64,000 nt of DNA from Candidatus Enterousia sp. GTDB lineage: Bacteria > Pseudomonadota > Alphaproteobacteria > Rs-D84. Of this stretch, positions 17,292 through 28,302 are shown one piece after another. The notes beneath the pieces were generated by a model. That model was not told where the DNA came from, ran no database searches, and saw nothing but the letters and a program-made list of their open reading frames with translations. Where the stretch lies: NCBI GenBank assembly GCA_045546195.1, contig JAZQCH010000001.1, positions 231,489-295,488 of the forward strand, given 5' to 3'. How positions within the stretch are numbered: the stretch's first letter is position 1; each line of letters starts with the position of its first letter. Both the position numbers and the translations under genes were made by a program.

Positions 17292-19691
17292 ATGAACATA
17301 GAATTGGGCAAAAATATAAATCCGCGTGAAATCGAAACCAAGATTCAAGAATTTTGGGATAACAACACATTTTGGAATAACGATGTCACATCCAACAAAC
17401 CATCATTTTGTATTATGATGCCCCCACCAAATGTGACGGGTAATTTACACATGGGGCATGCGTTGGACAATGTGCTGACGGACATTGTTTGCCGTTACAA
17501 GCGTATGTGTGGTTTTGACGTTTTGTGGCAACCGGGAACCGACCACGCGTCCATCGCAACCCAATTATTGGTTGAACGCGATTTGTCCAAGCGTGGCATC
17601 AATCCACACACATTGTCACTGGATGAAAAATTAAATGCCGCCTGGACGTGGAAGGCTGACAAAGGCGGCCAGATTATGAACCAATTACATGTTCTGGGGG
17701 TGACACCTGTGTGGTCACGCGAACGCTTTACCATGGACGAAGGTTTATCGAACGCGGTCACAAAACTGTTCGTCAAAATGTATAACGAAGGCTTAATCTA
17801 CCGTGAAAAACGTCTTGTTAACTGGTGCCCAAAACAGCAGACATCTGTCTCGGATTTAGAGGTTGAAACCCGTGACGAGCATGGCAAATTCTATTACTTT
17901 AACTATCCATTGGTGGGCGGTGGCACAATTGAAATTGCGACAACGCGCCCTGAAACATTGTTCGGCGACCAGGCGATTGCCGTCCACCCAGAAAATGAAA
18001 AGTTAAAACACCTGATTGGCCGTCACGCCATTATTCCATTAACCGATATTGAAATTCCAATCATCGCGGACGTTCACGCCGACCCAGAAAAAGGTACCGG
18101 CGCGGTAAAGATTACCCCGGCCCACGACTTTGACGACTGGGAAGTTGGCATCCGTCACAATCTGACACCGGTGTGTATTTTGACGCCTGATGCGAAATTA
18201 AATGACAACCCAGTGGTTCCAGAAAAATATCGTGGCATGGACAGATATGTCGCCCGTGCGGCGGTCTTGGCGGACATTGAATCTGCCGGTCTGTTGGTCC
18301 GGGTCGAAGATAAAATTATTCCAACCCCATATTCCGAACGTGGTGGTGTGCCGGTTGAACCATACCTGACAGACCAGTGGTTTGTTGACGCTGAAAAATT
18401 GGCAATCCCTGCGATTGAGGCGGTGGAAGATGGCAAAATAAAATTCTTGCCGGAACATCGTTATAACCTGTTTATGTCATGGATGAAGAACATTCGTCCA
18501 TGGACAATTTCGCGTCAGTTATGGTGGGGTCATCACATCCCGGCCTGGTACGATGCAGATGGCAACGTCTATGTCGCCGAAACCGAAGCGGACGCCATCG
18601 CGCAATCAGGCGGCAAAACATTAACCCGTGACCCAGACGTTCTGGACACCTGGTTTTCATCTGGTTTGTGGCCATTTTCAACATTGGGTTGGCCTGATGA
18701 CACATTGGAATTGAAAAAGTATTATCCAACCGACCTGTTGTACACCGGCGCAGACATTATCTTTTTCTGGGTTGCGCGTATGATTATGATGGGCATATAT
18801 GTTATGGGCGATGTTCCGTTCCGGACTGTGAACTTTCACGGCCTGGTTCGTGATTCCAAGGGGCAAAAAATGTCCAAGACCAAGGGCAACGGCACCGACC
18901 CATTAACCGCAGTTGATAAATTCGGCGCAGACGCGTTGCGTTATTGGATTGCGACGGCACCAATTGGCACAGATTTGCGTTACAGCGATGACGAAGTGAA
19001 ACGTGGTTCAAAACTGCTGACGAAATTATGGAACGCGTCAAAATATACTTTGATGAACCTGTCTGATTTTGAACCGGCGTCGGCACCACAAATTCCTGTG
19101 TCCGACCGCTTTATCGAAGACCGCTGGGTATTGTCCGAATTGAACAAGACGATTGCCGAAACACGTCGACATTTGGAAAAATATGACAACTATAATTCCC
19201 GTGCGGCGATTGATACATTTTTCTGGGACATCTTCTGCGACCAGTATTTGGAATTCATCAAAGACCGTTTCTGGGCGCCTGAAAAATACAGTGCTGAATC
19301 CAAACTGTCGGCCCAGTGGACATTATACACCGTCCTGCGTGCGATAATCGGTCTGTATGCGCCGTTTATTCCATTTACCACCGAAGAACTGTGGCAAAAA
19401 ATCTATAAACCAACCGAAGGTGGTGAAACATTACACCTGACCGCGTATCCAGATGTGAACGCGGAATATGACACAGATGTATCAACCATGGATATTGCGC
19501 TGGAATTGTTGAAAAATATCCGCGGCCTGCGCACAGAACGTAAAATTGGCAACGGTGCGAAACTGGAAATGTTAACAATTCCGTCCGACACACCGGACGC
19601 ATTACATGGTCTGATTAAATCTGCGGCGCGCGCGAATAATATTGAAACGGGCGATGCGTTGGACTTTGTTGTAGCCGAACAAAAACAATAA
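17292..19691 (+). CDS. valS: valyl-tRNA synthetase (compact form)
   Basis: 799 aa; 'PPPNVTGNLHMGHAL' HIGH region, 'KMSKTKGN' KMSKS. Confidence 0.9.
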   Translation: MNIELGKNINPREIETKIQEFWDNNTFWNNDVTSNKPSFCIMMPPPNVTGNLHMGHALDNVLTDIVCRYKRMCGFDVLWQPGTDHASIATQLLVERDLSKRGINPHTLSLDEKLNAAWTWKADKGGQIMNQLHVLGVTPVWSRERFTMDEGLSNAVTKLFVKMYNEGLIYREKRLVNWCPKQQTSVSDLEVETRDEHGKFYYFNYPLVGGGTIEIATTRPETLFGDQAIAVHPENEKLKHLIGRHAIIPLTDIEIPIIADVHADPEKGTGAVKITPAHDFDDWEVGIRHNLTPVCILTPDAKLNDNPVVPEKYRGMDRYVARAAVLADIESAGLLVRVEDKIIPTPYSERGGVPVEPYLTDQWFVDAEKLAIPAIEAVEDGKIKFLPEHRYNLFMSWMKNIRPWTISRQLWWGHHIPAWYDADGNVYVAETEADAIAQSGGKTLTRDPDVLDTWFSSGLWPFSTLGWPDDTLELKKYYPTDLLYTGADIIFFWVARMIMMGIYVMGDVPFRTVNFHGLVRDSKGQKMSKTKGNGTDPLTAVDKFGADALRYWIATAPIGTDLRYSDDEVKRGSKLLTKLWNASKYTLMNLSDFEPASAPQIPVSDRFIEDRWVLSELNKTIAETRRHLEKYDNYNSRAAIDTFFWDIFCDQYLEFIKDRFWAPEKYSAESKLSAQWTLYTVLRAIIGLYAPFIPFTTEELWQKIYKPTEGGETLHLTAYPDVNAEYDTDVSTMDIALELLKNIRGLRTERKIGNGAKLEMLTIPSDTPDALHGLIKSAARANNIETGDALDFVVAEQKQ

Positions 19692-19696
19692 AATCA

Positions 19697-20437
19697 ATGG
19701 GGGATTTGATGTCTGAAAAGTTGATTGAAAAACGCGTCTTACAGGCATACCAGTGCGACCGTTTCAGCAATGTTCGTCCATTGATTTTGATGAACGAATT
19801 ACAATCGATTGCCGACCGCCATGCCGAAGTTTTGGGGTGCGGTCGCACATATTGTCTGGAAAACAATGTTGGCTGGGTTGTGATGTATTACCTGGTTGAT
19901 ATCATCGAATTACCAACCGAAGGCGAAGAATTAACATTTTCCACATGGCCATCATGCCAGGACGCCCTGCGTGCCACGCGTGATTTTGAAATCCACGGCG
20001 CAGACGGTCGCCTGATGGTACGCGCAACATCCCAGTGGATTTTGATTGATATGGCGACGCGTCGTCCGTTGCCGTTGGCAAATCATCTGTCGCCAGATGT
20101 GGTTGTGCCGCATCGCGCGTACGGTTGTGCGTTTGAAAAATTCCCAGACTTTGACACAAACAAAACGCATGTTATGAAATGTCGCTTTGACGATATTGAC
20201 GTGAACCAGCATATCAACAACGCGGTCTATGCGGTATGGGCAACAGAAAGTGTTGGCTATCAATATCGCACAAATCATAAGTTGCGCAAAATCGATATAA
20301 ACTTTAAAAAGGAAATCAACCCCGACACCCCTGAGATTCGTGTTGATGTCGCGATTGACGGGCTGACCACGCGTCACAAGATATGCGTTGGCGATACCGT
20401 TCATGCGGCGGTTATTTGCCAGTGGGATGAAATCTAA
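19697..20437 (+). CDS. acyl-ACP thioesterase family protein
   Basis: 246 aa; double hot-dog architecture resembling FatA/FatB-type acyl-ACP thioesterases. Confidence 0.6.
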   Translation: MGDLMSEKLIEKRVLQAYQCDRFSNVRPLILMNELQSIADRHAEVLGCGRTYCLENNVGWVVMYYLVDIIELPTEGEELTFSTWPSCQDALRATRDFEIHGADGRLMVRATSQWILIDMATRRPLPLANHLSPDVVVPHRAYGCAFEKFPDFDTNKTHVMKCRFDDIDVNQHINNAVYAVWATESVGYQYRTNHKLRKIDINFKKEINPDTPEIRVDVAIDGLTTRHKICVGDTVHAAVICQWDEI

Positions 20438-20475
20438 AAAAAACAGAACCGCCCGTACGGCGGTTTTTTGTTTGC

Positions 20476-21576
20476 CTAATGTTTTGCGTTATTTAATCGC
20501 AATTGTCCACACGCCGAACCAATGTCAGTCCCGCGTTCGCGTCTGATGCGTGTGTGAATACCGTTCTTAATCAGTATATCTTGGAAACGATGTACCGCAT
20601 TACCCGATGGCGACGCAAAGTCGCGTTCATCAACCGCGTTCCATGGAATTAAATTCACCATACAGTTTTTGCCCTGTAATAATTCAGACAACTTTTCTGC
20701 GTATTCTGGTGTCGCGTTGTATAAAACCGTTTCGCCGCTTTCATCGCGCCGTCCCAACAGGATATATTCAATCATCAACTGACGATTGTGATTATCTGTA
20801 AATCGCCATGCCGCATCCAGAACTTCACTTAATTTATATCGGTTGTTAATCGGCATAATCTGCGATCGCAATTCGTCTGTTGGTGCGTGTAAAGAAATCG
20901 CCAGGTTAATCGGTCGTCCCCACTCAATCAAACGGTCAATGCCCGGCACAATCCCGCATGTTGACACCGTGATGCGTCGCCATCCAATCCCCATATCGTG
21001 ATTTGCGCGTTCGATAAAGTCGATAACATTTTCGGTGTTTTGTAATGGTTCGCCCGTACCCATAATAACAATGTGCGACACATCACCATTGTTTGCGTCA
21101 CCATTTGGCCGAATTGGTTTGTCGGCAAATTTATCCGCACGCAGTTCCCATTGTGCGACCAAAATCTGGGCGAATATTTCGTTTGCGGTTAAATTGCGTT
21201 TTAATCCCAACAGCGTACTGGCACAGAATTTACATCCCATTGCGCATCCGGCCTGGGAACTGACACAGACGCTGTTGCCGTATGTTGTGCGCATTAACAC
21301 ACACTCAATCTGTTCGCCGTCGTTCAGTTCCAACAGGAATTTTGTTGTTTCCCCGTCACTTGATTCTAATTTGGTCACGATTTTTACGGGCAGTGTTTGC
21401 GCCACCGCATCTAATTCCCGCCGCAGATTTTCCGGTATGTTTTTCATAGACATAAAATCTGGCGCGCCCCGGTTCAGCCACTCGCGAATTTGCTTTGCGC
21501 GAAAACGCGGTTGCCCCATATCAACTATAAATTTTTCCAGTTCCCCGTCCGTCAGGTTAAATAGGATTTTTTTCAT
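20476..21576 (-). CDS. rlmN: 23S rRNA/tRNA m2A methyltransferase RlmN (radical SAM)
   Basis: 366 aa; 'CAMGCKFCAST' radical-SAM Cys motif, 'GEPL', C-terminal 'GSDIGSACGQL'. Confidence 0.9.
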   Translation of the reverse strand: MKKILFNLTDGELEKFIVDMGQPRFRAKQIREWLNRGAPDFMSMKNIPENLRRELDAVAQTLPVKIVTKLESSDGETTKFLLELNDGEQIECVLMRTTYGNSVCVSSQAGCAMGCKFCASTLLGLKRNLTANEIFAQILVAQWELRADKFADKPIRPNGDANNGDVSHIVIMGTGEPLQNTENVIDFIERANHDMGIGWRRITVSTCGIVPGIDRLIEWGRPINLAISLHAPTDELRSQIMPINNRYKLSEVLDAAWRFTDNHNRQLMIEYILLGRRDESGETVLYNATPEYAEKLSELLQGKNCMVNLIPWNAVDERDFASPSGNAVHRFQDILIKNGIHTRIRRERGTDIGSACGQLRLNNAKH

Positions 21577-22403
21577 AATTTATACCGTTCGTCATTGATA
21601 ACCACAACTGCCTTGCGTCGCAGTTGTTTTAACTGTTGGTCTGCCATAAACATCGCCTGTTTATACATCGTATTTTGTTCGATAACCTTGTCCAGGTTTT
21701 TATATTCATCTGTCTTTTTGGTCTTACACACCAACAGCACCGTTCCATCATCTGCGCGCTGTGACCATGTCATATTTGGCAGGGTCGCGACCCGTTCACG
21801 CAAATCTGCCGCCAATTCATATTGTAATGCGGTGAACTTCTGGGGCACCCCACCAAATGATTCTGCCATTTCCAGGGCATCGTCACACGATTTTGGTTTT
21901 GTTAATTTTTTTGCGATATCCGCCGGCACATCGGTCAGACGTACAATTGTCATTTCAATCGGCAATCCGTGTTCCCGCGCCAGGTTTGCCCGTTCATTTG
22001 CGATATCTTCGTCTGTCACATCAACGGTCGGCATAACGGTACGAGCAACAATAATTTGCCATGCGATTTCTGCGCGCATCGCATTCCGTGCCATTTCGCG
22101 TTCGGTTGCGCTTAAATCCCCCAGATTCATTTTTTTCAGTTCTGCGTCCACTGTTTTATCATCTGGAATCACATTAAAGTTCTGTGCGTATGCTAACTTG
22201 ACACTGTCGTCAATAATGCTTTGCAGTGCGACACGACGATTATCGGTTGATGTCTGTCCCTGGCGTGCCATCAGTTTTGTTCGCGCTGTGACATCTGTAT
22301 CTGTGATTGGTGTGCCGTTCACCGATGCGACGACCGTTGCCCCAAATGCCGGTGCCATCAAAAATACAGACAACAATGCGCAAATGCCTTTTGTTATTTT
22401 CAT
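21573..22403 (-). CDS. SurA N-terminal-domain periplasmic chaperone-like protein (no PPIase domain)
   Basis: 276 aa, signal peptide 'MKITKGICALLSVFLMAPAFG'; position downstream of lptD as surA is in other Proteobacteria. Confidence 0.55.
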   Translation of the reverse strand: MKITKGICALLSVFLMAPAFGATVVASVNGTPITDTDVTARTKLMARQGQTSTDNRRVALQSIIDDSVKLAYAQNFNVIPDDKTVDAELKKMNLGDLSATEREMARNAMRAEIAWQIIVARTVMPTVDVTDEDIANERANLAREHGLPIEMTIVRLTDVPADIAKKLTKPKSCDDALEMAESFGGVPQKFTALQYELAADLRERVATLPNMTWSQRADDGTVLLVCKTKKTDEYKNLDKVIEQNTMYKQAMFMADQQLKQLRRKAVVVINDERYKL

Positions 22404-22418
22404 CCTATTTTTCCTTTC

Positions 22419-24437
22419 TTAATATTGCTGGCCGTTAATTGCCATACCAAATCTGAATTGGAACGTAGTTGTTCCGACATAGTCTTCTTTAATCGCGTTA
22501 TCACGACGATATTCGATTGACATGTAATAGCATGGGTGGTTATAAAAGAACCCGCCTGTGTGTCGTTGAAATGCCTGGGCTTCGATATTATAGATTGCGT
22601 TCCAACGCGCCGACCAACGGTCTGTTAATTGTACACCTGCGCCAATGATTGCTTCGTTAATATCGATGTTTTCCCCCAGTTCTGTATTCCAGTGCTGTGA
22701 CCAAATATGCCCTATATTAAAGAAGTTTCGTGACGACCCAATATTTGCGGATGTTTCGATATGACGCAACGCCAAAGTATCCTGATTTAATCTGAATCGC
22801 GACGCCAGCCCCAGCCATTTCATATTATTATAACTGATGCGCCCGACATAGTCCGACAAACCATTACGGAATCCTGTGTCTAATGCGGTATCTGGTCGTT
22901 CGGTAAAATCGTACGATTGCCCCAAGAATACTTCGACATTAGTGCCTTCTTCGTTAAACGCCGCCCAACGCACACCATAGTCCGCATATGTACCATTTTC
23001 CCACAAATCAAGGCCCGCAAAACGATTGTCTGAAAACAGGGTTGAATCCGTCAAAATTGTACCGGCTGAATCATTGCTGTACGCAAATGTTTCCGCGTCC
23101 ATTTCACGCATAAAAGTAATACGTGCCCGCGGTTCCAGAATCTGGGTCCAGTTGCTGGTTGGTTTGAATAACGGCAATCCCCACTCTAAATACCCACTGG
23201 GCAAGAAACGGTTTTTAAAACCTGAAAATGTGGTAAGTTCATCCGCCATCAATGTATTATCGAAATGATACAGGTCATATCGTGCCGAAACACTGGCGGT
23301 TAATCGATTTCCGCCCCACAACGTCCACGGCGTGGTCAAACGCGCGTCCCCAATCATACGCTGGGCCGATGTTCCGTCCCCCGAAATTCCCAAAACATCC
23401 GCGCTAAATGTTGCGTATGTTTCACCAAACAGCGGTGCCGTCTGATGAACTGCGCGTATATTTGGCAAAATATCCCCGTCGGGTGGCGTGGTCTGAATAC
23501 CGGTACTGTCGCGCAGTTCTTGGAATATATGTGCGTCCGCCACGACATAACTGCTTTGTCCAAACAGTTCTAATTTTGCGCCTGAATCCAAATACGGCTG
23601 GTCGTCATAGAACCCATATTTCTGTAAATATGTTTTATCAGATGCGCGTTCTAAGAATATAGTTGCCCGCGCATATTCACCCAGTTCGATTACATCGTCG
23701 TTAAATATATGCCAACGATTTTCCCCTTCGCGGTTGTGTGTGAACGAACCCTGGGTGCGATATTCAGAATGGTCGGCGTTTAATCTGTGTTCGATTTGGA
23801 ATAACGGATTTTCTTGGGTCAGATATGAAAATGTCACCGTCATATCGTGCGTGTCAGACAAAGAAATATACACGGGCACATTTATCTGGGTTCCCATTTT
23901 ATTCGTCGATGCGAAATCAGGCATCAAAAATCCAGTCTTGTACTTAACCCCCGGGTCGGGCATTTCAAAGTACGGCCACCACAACACAGGTATATCGTAT
24001 GTGCGCAACACTGGGCTGTAAAATTTCAGCATGCGCGATTCCATATCATGGATGATTTTGTACGTTGAAATTACCCACGCATCCCCATATGCGTCACAAT
24101 CATCACACGCTGTAAATGTCGCGTGACGGGCGATTGTTAAATCACCGCGCCGCGTTATGTTGTCTGATTCGACATACACATGGTCGCCCAGCCACAGTTT
24201 TATATCATCCCCCGACAGTTCTTCGCCCTGTTGTGTGATGTATGAATCAGTCAGTGTCATACGCTGACCCGACTGGTTCACGATTTCTGTATCACCGATG
24301 GTTTTTATTGTTTCTGACTTAACATCATATTCAATTTTATCTGCGACAATTGTATGCGGTTCATCCATATTAACCGACATCGCACCTGCCGCCCCAGATG
24401 CCAAACACATCAATAAAAATGAACTAACTTTTTTCAT
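22419..24437 (-). CDS. lptD: LPS-assembly outer-membrane protein LptD
   Basis: 672 aa, signal peptide, OstA-like N-terminal domain and large beta-barrel ending ...RFGMAINGQQY; gene order lptD-surA-like. Confidence 0.85.
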   Translation of the reverse strand: MKKVSSFLLMCLASGAAGAMSVNMDEPHTIVADKIEYDVKSETIKTIGDTEIVNQSGQRMTLTDSYITQQGEELSGDDIKLWLGDHVYVESDNITRRGDLTIARHATFTACDDCDAYGDAWVISTYKIIHDMESRMLKFYSPVLRTYDIPVLWWPYFEMPDPGVKYKTGFLMPDFASTNKMGTQINVPVYISLSDTHDMTVTFSYLTQENPLFQIEHRLNADHSEYRTQGSFTHNREGENRWHIFNDDVIELGEYARATIFLERASDKTYLQKYGFYDDQPYLDSGAKLELFGQSSYVVADAHIFQELRDSTGIQTTPPDGDILPNIRAVHQTAPLFGETYATFSADVLGISGDGTSAQRMIGDARLTTPWTLWGGNRLTASVSARYDLYHFDNTLMADELTTFSGFKNRFLPSGYLEWGLPLFKPTSNWTQILEPRARITFMREMDAETFAYSNDSAGTILTDSTLFSDNRFAGLDLWENGTYADYGVRWAAFNEEGTNVEVFLGQSYDFTERPDTALDTGFRNGLSDYVGRISYNNMKWLGLASRFRLNQDTLALRHIETSANIGSSRNFFNIGHIWSQHWNTELGENIDINEAIIGAGVQLTDRWSARWNAIYNIEAQAFQRHTGGFFYNHPCYYMSIEYRRDNAIKEDYVGTTTFQFRFGMAINGQQY

Positions 24438-25532
24438 TTATTTCTTTGCCAGTATCGCCAATATCACAAACAATAAAATCCCCAGTCCGATTGTCAGCAA
24501 TCCGAAACCTGTTAAACTGGTCACCATATTTGACAGTGACATATACAATGCCATCACTGCTGCCATTGCCCCAACTGCAATCATCGGTGCAAAACTGGTA
24601 CGACGACGCAACAGCGACGAACGCAGCAATATCACCGCACACAACGCCGCCAGTATCAGATTCATAACCGGGCTTAAAAATCGATTACATAATTCAGACA
24701 ACACAATCTTGTGCTGTTTTTCTGTTTCGGCATCGAATGCGATGCGCATCAAATCTGGTGTGGAAATTCTGCGCACGCGGAACGAATTATTTCCATCCTT
24801 GTCCACCAGGTTCAAATCCATATCAAATGTTTCAAATGTACCCGTCACCATTGTGTTGCCCGATGCCTGTAAAGACCCATTTGTCATTACCAACGACAAC
24901 CCGCGTATTGTTGACACCAGCTTACCTTTTTCGGCAAAAATCATAGACGGTGATTCTTCGTCGCGCATATCAGACAACATAACGTGTGCCAAATCATGTC
25001 CGTTCACCCGGTCAACATAAACAACCAAACCATCCGATATTTCTGTAAATGCGCTTTCCTGTAATTTCATATGCGCCATACCGTATTGTAAATTCCACTG
25101 TGTGTCATAAAACAGTGCCTGGCTGCGTGGCACAATCCACAGATTCAGTATAAAATTCAGCACCATTAACACAGTACCCAAAATCAATGCCGGTCGTGCA
25201 ATCTGACTGTGTGACAATCCTGACGCCGCCATAACAGTAATTTCGTTATCGGCAATCATTTTGTTATACACAAAAATCACAGCAATAAAGCAAACAAACG
25301 GAACAATAATCGATGCGATAAACGGTATCATCAGCGCGGTCAGCCCTAAAAAACTGCCCACATCAATTCCATATTTCAACAGAAATTTCATCATGGACAT
25401 AATCTGCATCATCCATGCCAATCCTGTTAAAATCAGCAACAGCATAATGAAAATCGCAATCAGTTGTCGCAAAAAATACCGGTTTAAAATCTTCATGCCA
25501 ATCAGTATAAAGCATAAATTACCAGTTTTCAA
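24438..25532 (-). CDS. LptF/LptG-family LPS export permease
   Basis: 364 aa, YjgP/YjgQ-type 6-TM permease with periplasmic beta-jellyroll insert. Confidence 0.75.
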   Translation of the reverse strand: MKTGNLCFILIGMKILNRYFLRQLIAIFIMLLLILTGLAWMMQIMSMMKFLLKYGIDVGSFLGLTALMIPFIASIIVPFVCFIAVIFVYNKMIADNEITVMAASGLSHSQIARPALILGTVLMVLNFILNLWIVPRSQALFYDTQWNLQYGMAHMKLQESAFTEISDGLVVYVDRVNGHDLAHVMLSDMRDEESPSMIFAEKGKLVSTIRGLSLVMTNGSLQASGNTMVTGTFETFDMDLNLVDKDGNNSFRVRRISTPDLMRIAFDAETEKQHKIVLSELCNRFLSPVMNLILAALCAVILLRSSLLRRRTSFAPMIAVGAMAAVMALYMSLSNMVTSLTGFGLLTIGLGILLFVILAILAKK

Positions 25533-25561
25533 GGCATAGATATCTATTGCCCCATGCCAAA

Positions 25562-26779
25562 TTATTCATGTCGTAAACTGTCGATTGGGTTCAACTTTGC
25601 GGCCTTAATTGCCGGCATTACGCCCGACGACAATCCGACGACAACGGCAACAGATACCGACAAAACCACTGGCCAAATACTGAACGGCACATTATACCCC
25701 AGTATAAAGCGTCCGACCCCCTGGCTTAACCCAACACCAACAATCAATCCGACCATAGACCCAATAAATGAAATCAGCACTGATTCAGATAAAAATTGAA
25801 TAATAATCATGCGTTCGCGTGCGCCGATTGCCTTGCGAATACCGATTTCGCGTGTGCGTTCTGCGACCGATACCAGCATCATATTCATAATCCCAATTGC
25901 CCCCACCAGCAACGACACCGCTGCAATCGCAATCAACAGCAACTTCATATACCCTGTCACGGTTGTCATTGTTTCCATAACCTGTTTCATATCCATAATT
26001 TGGAAATCGTCCACCGCATCATCTTTCAGTCTGTGTCGTTGCCGCAACAGCGCGGTCATCTGTTCAATCGCCAGATTGTTATCCGCATCCGCAAATAATT
26101 TCAGCGCAATCATATTAACAGAATTTGGGAATCTTGACCCTTGGACACGTTTTTTCAGTGTTGTAATTGGCACAATAACCATATCGTCCTGGCTGCCCAT
26201 GGCGGAATCACCCTTGGCGCGTGTGACACCAATAACGACAAACGGCGTGTTTTGAATACGAATAACTTCGCCCACCGGATTTGCGGGCAATCCCAATTCC
26301 TCGGCGGTTTCCGGCCCGATAACAGCGTATGTAGATGCGTTGCGTACCGCGCTGTTATCAAAAAATGTTCCATGTTCCATTTCGATATTTTGAACGATTG
26401 TATAGTCTGGATAGACCCCCATCATAGATGTTCCCCAGTTTTTATTACCATAAATTACCTGGGCGGAACCTGGCTGAACCGGCGAAATCGCCATAACATC
26501 GGGCAATTTTCCAATAAATTCTGCGTCCTGGATGGTCAGTGTTTGTCGATTTCCCGTTCGCACGCCCGCCGATTGCGCCGCGCCTGCACGAATCATAATT
26601 GTATTTGTTCCCAGTGATGAAAATTGGTCTGTGATTTCTTTCTGGACGGTTTCGCCCACAGCAACCATAATCACCACCGCCATAACCCCGATGATAATCC
26701 CCAGCACCGTCAAAAAAGACCGGATTTTATTACCGCTGATGGATAACCAAGATTCTTTTAAAATATCATTAAATGTCAT
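25562..26779 (-). CDS. ABC transporter permease, FtsX/MacB/LolE family
   Basis: 405 aa; N-terminal TM, large periplasmic domain, C-terminal FtsX 3-TM with 'ERTREIGIRKAIGA'. Confidence 0.8.
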   Translation of the reverse strand: MTFNDILKESWLSISGNKIRSFLTVLGIIIGVMAVVIMVAVGETVQKEITDQFSSLGTNTIMIRAGAAQSAGVRTGNRQTLTIQDAEFIGKLPDVMAISPVQPGSAQVIYGNKNWGTSMMGVYPDYTIVQNIEMEHGTFFDNSAVRNASTYAVIGPETAEELGLPANPVGEVIRIQNTPFVVIGVTRAKGDSAMGSQDDMVIVPITTLKKRVQGSRFPNSVNMIALKLFADADNNLAIEQMTALLRQRHRLKDDAVDDFQIMDMKQVMETMTTVTGYMKLLLIAIAAVSLLVGAIGIMNMMLVSVAERTREIGIRKAIGARERMIIIQFLSESVLISFIGSMVGLIVGVGLSQGVGRFILGYNVPFSIWPVVLSVSVAVVVGLSSGVMPAIKAAKLNPIDSLRHE

Positions 26780-26803
26780 TTTTTTATTCCCCCACCGCCC
26801 GGT

Positions 26804-27532
26804 TTACAGTTTGTCATCATTGCGCGGCACGCGCCCGTCATAGTTGATTTTGCCGTCGCGAATATGAATCAATCGGTCGGCATACTTTGCGATATCAAAT
26901 TCGTGCGTAATCATCACGATTGTGATTCCCATTTCTTTGTTCAACTTTTTAAAGAACTGTAAAATTTCGTTTCCCATTTTGCTGTCCAGCGCGCCGGTTG
27001 GTTCGTCTGCTAAAATCAGTTTTGGTTCGCCCGCCAACGCGCGTGCGATTGCGACGCGTTGTTTCATCCCACCCGACAGTTGTGTTGGCAAATATGATTC
27101 AAAGTTTTCCAGTCCTACGCGTTTTAACATTTCTCGGGCGCGGCGCACGCGTTCATCCATGGGCATCCCGCGATACATCAACGGCAACATAACATTGTCC
27201 AATACGCTGCGCTTAGACAGCAGATTAAATTGCTGAAACACAAATCCGATATGTTCGTTTCTGACGGTGGCCAGTTCGTCTGGCGTCAATCCTGTCACAT
27301 CGCGTCCGTACAGTTCATATACGCCCGATGTTGGCGTATCCAGTGCCCCGATAATATTCATACACGTCGATTTGCCAGAACCCGACGGCCCCATCACCGC
27401 CACAAACTCGCCGTTTTTGACACTAAAATTTATATCAAACAAAACCTGTTGTTCGCCCCCCAGTTCCATTGGAAAACTTTTGTTAATATTTTTCAGCGAT
27501 ATAATGGTGTCTGGTGCGCTTTTCTTCTTCAT
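26804..27532 (-). CDS. ABC transporter ATP-binding protein, MacB/LolD family
   Basis: 242 aa; Walker A 'GPSGSGKST', signature 'LSGGMKQRVAIARAL', Walker B 'ILADEPTGALD'. Confidence 0.9.
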   Translation of the reverse strand: MKKKSAPDTIISLKNINKSFPMELGGEQQVLFDINFSVKNGEFVAVMGPSGSGKSTCMNIIGALDTPTSGVYELYGRDVTGLTPDELATVRNEHIGFVFQQFNLLSKRSVLDNVMLPLMYRGMPMDERVRRAREMLKRVGLENFESYLPTQLSGGMKQRVAIARALAGEPKLILADEPTGALDSKMGNEILQFFKKLNKEMGITIVMITHEFDIAKYADRLIHIRDGKINYDGRVPRNDDKL

Positions 27533-27636
27533 CGAACTTCTCTCTCTTTGAACATCCGATATTATAACACGCAGATTCTGATATTTTTATAAAAAATTGT
27601 ACCTAAAAAAAAGAACCGGCATAACGCCGGTTTTTC

Positions 27637-28233
27637 TTAAACCCCACACATCAGCGCGGCCTGGCTGTTTTTCAGCACCAACCACCCCGTCCGAAAATCT
27701 GTTATATAAAGCGTCACAATAAACAACGCTAAAATCCCAATAACCAATATAACATTTGCGCGTTTCCCCCGCAGACAATACAGTGAAATATTATAGAACA
27801 AGAACAACACATACGCGTCAATCAAAATACTGATAATCCACAGGGATGCGCAATTAAACGCCAACGAACTTAAAACCAACATCGCTGGATACACAAAGAA
27901 TACCGACGCCAATCCCTTGGTTGCGATTTCCCAATCGCGTTCCCCGCCGGTGATTTCGGCGACCATCATCAACAATCCGCCAAACACAAACAACAATGTC
28001 ACCGCCAACACAGGTACAATAATGATTGCGTTAAACACGGCCCCCAGTGTCAGTTCTGCTTTCCCAATCAGGCCGATTAACAACACCAAGCACCCGCCCA
28101 ACAACCCATACAGGTATGCCTTTAACATTGATTCTTCCATGTTGCCGTCTGCGACAATTTTTGTGAAATAGCGTTTTGGGTTAATAATCAGATTGCGAAC
28201 GCGTTTAAATGCGTTTTTAAATTTTTTCTTCAT
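27637..28233 (-). CDS. Yip1-family integral membrane protein
   Basis: 198 aa, 5 hydrophobic helices, Yip1-like topology; weak call. Confidence 0.45.
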   Translation of the reverse strand: MKKKFKNAFKRVRNLIINPKRYFTKIVADGNMEESMLKAYLYGLLGGCLVLLIGLIGKAELTLGAVFNAIIIVPVLAVTLLFVFGGLLMMVAEITGGERDWEIATKGLASVFFVYPAMLVLSSLAFNCASLWIISILIDAYVLFLFYNISLYCLRGKRANVILVIGILALFIVTLYITDFRTGWLVLKNSQAALMCGV

Positions 28234-28302
28234 AGTGGCACCCCTAATTTGATTATTTATATTTTTGCTTTATAATTACAAAAAATCAACGGAAAAAAAG
28301 CA

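Noticed and set aside
21595-22422. 275-aa plus-strand ORF overlapping the SurA-like gene, and similar ORFs at 21035-21598, 24298-25020 and 33214-33897
   Set aside because: These are antisense to genes with clear motifs and are low-complexity Ser/Ala/Thr-rich. They are the usual shadow ORFs.
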